From the NCBI GenBank assembly GCA_963739455.1, contig CAVUAK010000001.1:1152001-1216000 (forward strand): 64,000 nucleotides of DNA, written 5' to 3'. How positions within the stretch are numbered: position 1 is the stretch's first letter; each line of letters starts with the position of its first letter. The notes under the pieces are model-generated. The model searched no databases. It was not told where the DNA came from and saw only the letters and a program-made list of their open reading frames with translations. Made by a program: the position numbers and the translations under genes. The stretch is from an uncultured Gemmatimonadales bacterium (lineage in GTDB: Bacteria > Gemmatimonadota > Gemmatimonadetes > Gemmatimonadales > GWC2-71-9). Positions 62,687 to 64,000 of this stretch are shown one piece after another.

Positions 62687-64000
62687 GAACACCTTGTGGG
62701 GTTCGGCTCCCGAGGCGGCGCTGCTGGCGTATACCGTCGCGGATGACCGCGAGTGGGATGCGCGTCTCCTGCGCTGGGACATCCTGGGGAGCCTCGGCCA
62801 CGCCGAGGGCCTGCGGAAGAGCGGGATCATCTCCACCTGCCGCGCACCTGCGCATGCAACGCCTGCTGCGCGCCGCACTTCGCGCCGCAGACTCGGGCCG
62901 CCTGGCGCATCGGCACCGAGCATGAGGACGTGCACTCGGCGGTCGAGTTCTGGCTCACGCGACGCGACCGTCGAATCGGCGGCATGCTGCACACCGGGCG
63001 GTCGCGGAACGACCAGGTGGCGGTGGACCTCCGCCTCTACCTGAAGGACCGGGTGCTGTCGCTGCACGCGCGGGCGGCGGAACTGGCTGATGCGCTGCTG
63101 GGGTTTGCCGCGGCCAATCGCACTGCGCTCTGGCCCGGCTACACGCACCAGCGCCGCGCGATGCCTTCGTCGGCGGGACTCTGGGCCGCGGCGTACGCCG
63201 AGGGACTTGCTCGATACCATCGAGGCCATCGGCGGCCTGTGGCCGAGGCTCGACCGATCGCCGCTCGGGAGCGCGGCGGGGTACGGCGTGCCGCTGCCGC
63301 TCGATCGCCAGGCAACGGCACGGGCGCTGGGTTTCCGGGACCTCGACCACAACGTGGCCGGAGTGCAGAACGGGCGCGGCAAGCTGGAGGCCGCGGTGCT
63401 CCACTGGTGCACGGAGCTGGGTCACGAGATGTCGAAGCTCTCCGCCGACGTGATCCTGTTCAGTGCCGACGAGTTCGGGTGGCTCAGACTTCCGGCCGAC
63501 CTGGCCACCGGCTCGAGCATCATGCCGCAGAAGCGGAACCCCGACCTCTTCGAGCTGACGCGCGCGCGCTCGGCGCTGGTTGAGGGAGCACTGTTCACGG
63601 TGCACGCGCTGAAGGCGAAGCTGCCGGGGGGATACCATCGCGACTTCCAGTTCCTCAAGGCGCCGCTGATGCGCGGCATCGAACTGACCGACGAGATGCT
63701 GGTCATGCTGACTCTTGCCGTGCCGCGACTCGAGGTTGACCGCGCACGCGGCCGGGCTGCACTCGACGGGTGATATCCTGGCGACTGATGAAGCGCTCCG
63801 GCGGGCGATGGATGGGACACCGTTCCGCGAGGCATACCGCGCCGTCGCGAGCGAGCTCAAGCGCGGTGTCGCGATGCCGGCGACTTCCTGACCGCGACGC
63901 TGCATCGCGGCGCGTGCCAGCGCCGGCGGGCATCGGTAACCTGGGGCTCGGACTTGCGCGCGCCCGCGTTGCGCGGGCGCGTCGCTGGTGGCGCGCCGAG
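62682..64000 (+). CDS. argH: Argininosuccinate lyase; frameshifted, runs to the window end
   Basis: EDVH, HTGRSRNDQV, PGYTH.RRA, SPLGSAAG, TGSSIMPQKRNPD, GYHRD.Q, PFREAY. Confidence 0.93.

Noticed and set aside
754..64000. Many split ORFs read as pseudogenes or programmed frameshifts
   Set aside because: Single-base indels hit core genes (ispH, coxA, argB) at scattered sites, some in homopolymers, while the motifs stay intact. This fits long-read error, and no shared slippery site was seen.

Overview
High-GC bacterial chromosomal segment. Gene content and protein style suggest Gemmatimonadota (inference). Many genes carry single-base frameshifts, which look like long-read indel errors rather than real pseudogenes. 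Left to right: (1) a tetrahydromethanopterin (H4MPT)-linked C1/formaldehyde oxidation operon on the minus strand (fae, mtdA/C-type, DUF1464-like, ATP-grasp, fhcBADC, mch, tandem-EthD lipoprotein, RimK-like, CitG-like); (2) an HrpA-like DEAH helicase with apparently permuted motifs, an EamA transporter, a PAS-Fis protein, an Omp85-like barrel and ispH; (3) mixed housekeeping genes, including an SplB-like radical SAM gene preceded by an unlisted 50-aa zinc-ribbon ORF, and greA plus an orphan groES; (4) a caa3-type oxidase operon; (5) fabI, ybbA/ybbP/tesA, an ECF sigma module, transporters and OmpA; (6) MarR with mhqO/mhqD-like genes and a pair of secreted M42 peptidases; (7) an arginine operon (argG, DUF1611-related gene, argC, argD, hydrolase, argF', argB, argE, argH) with no argA/argJ in the window. 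Best candidate for a new system: the DUF1611/DgcN-related P-loop protein acting as the missing N-acylglutamate synthase of a probably N-succinylated arginine pathway. Short sense-oriented tandem repeats (GACGTGAR)n recur at gene junctions. No rRNA, tRNA, CRISPR array or mobile element was seen.
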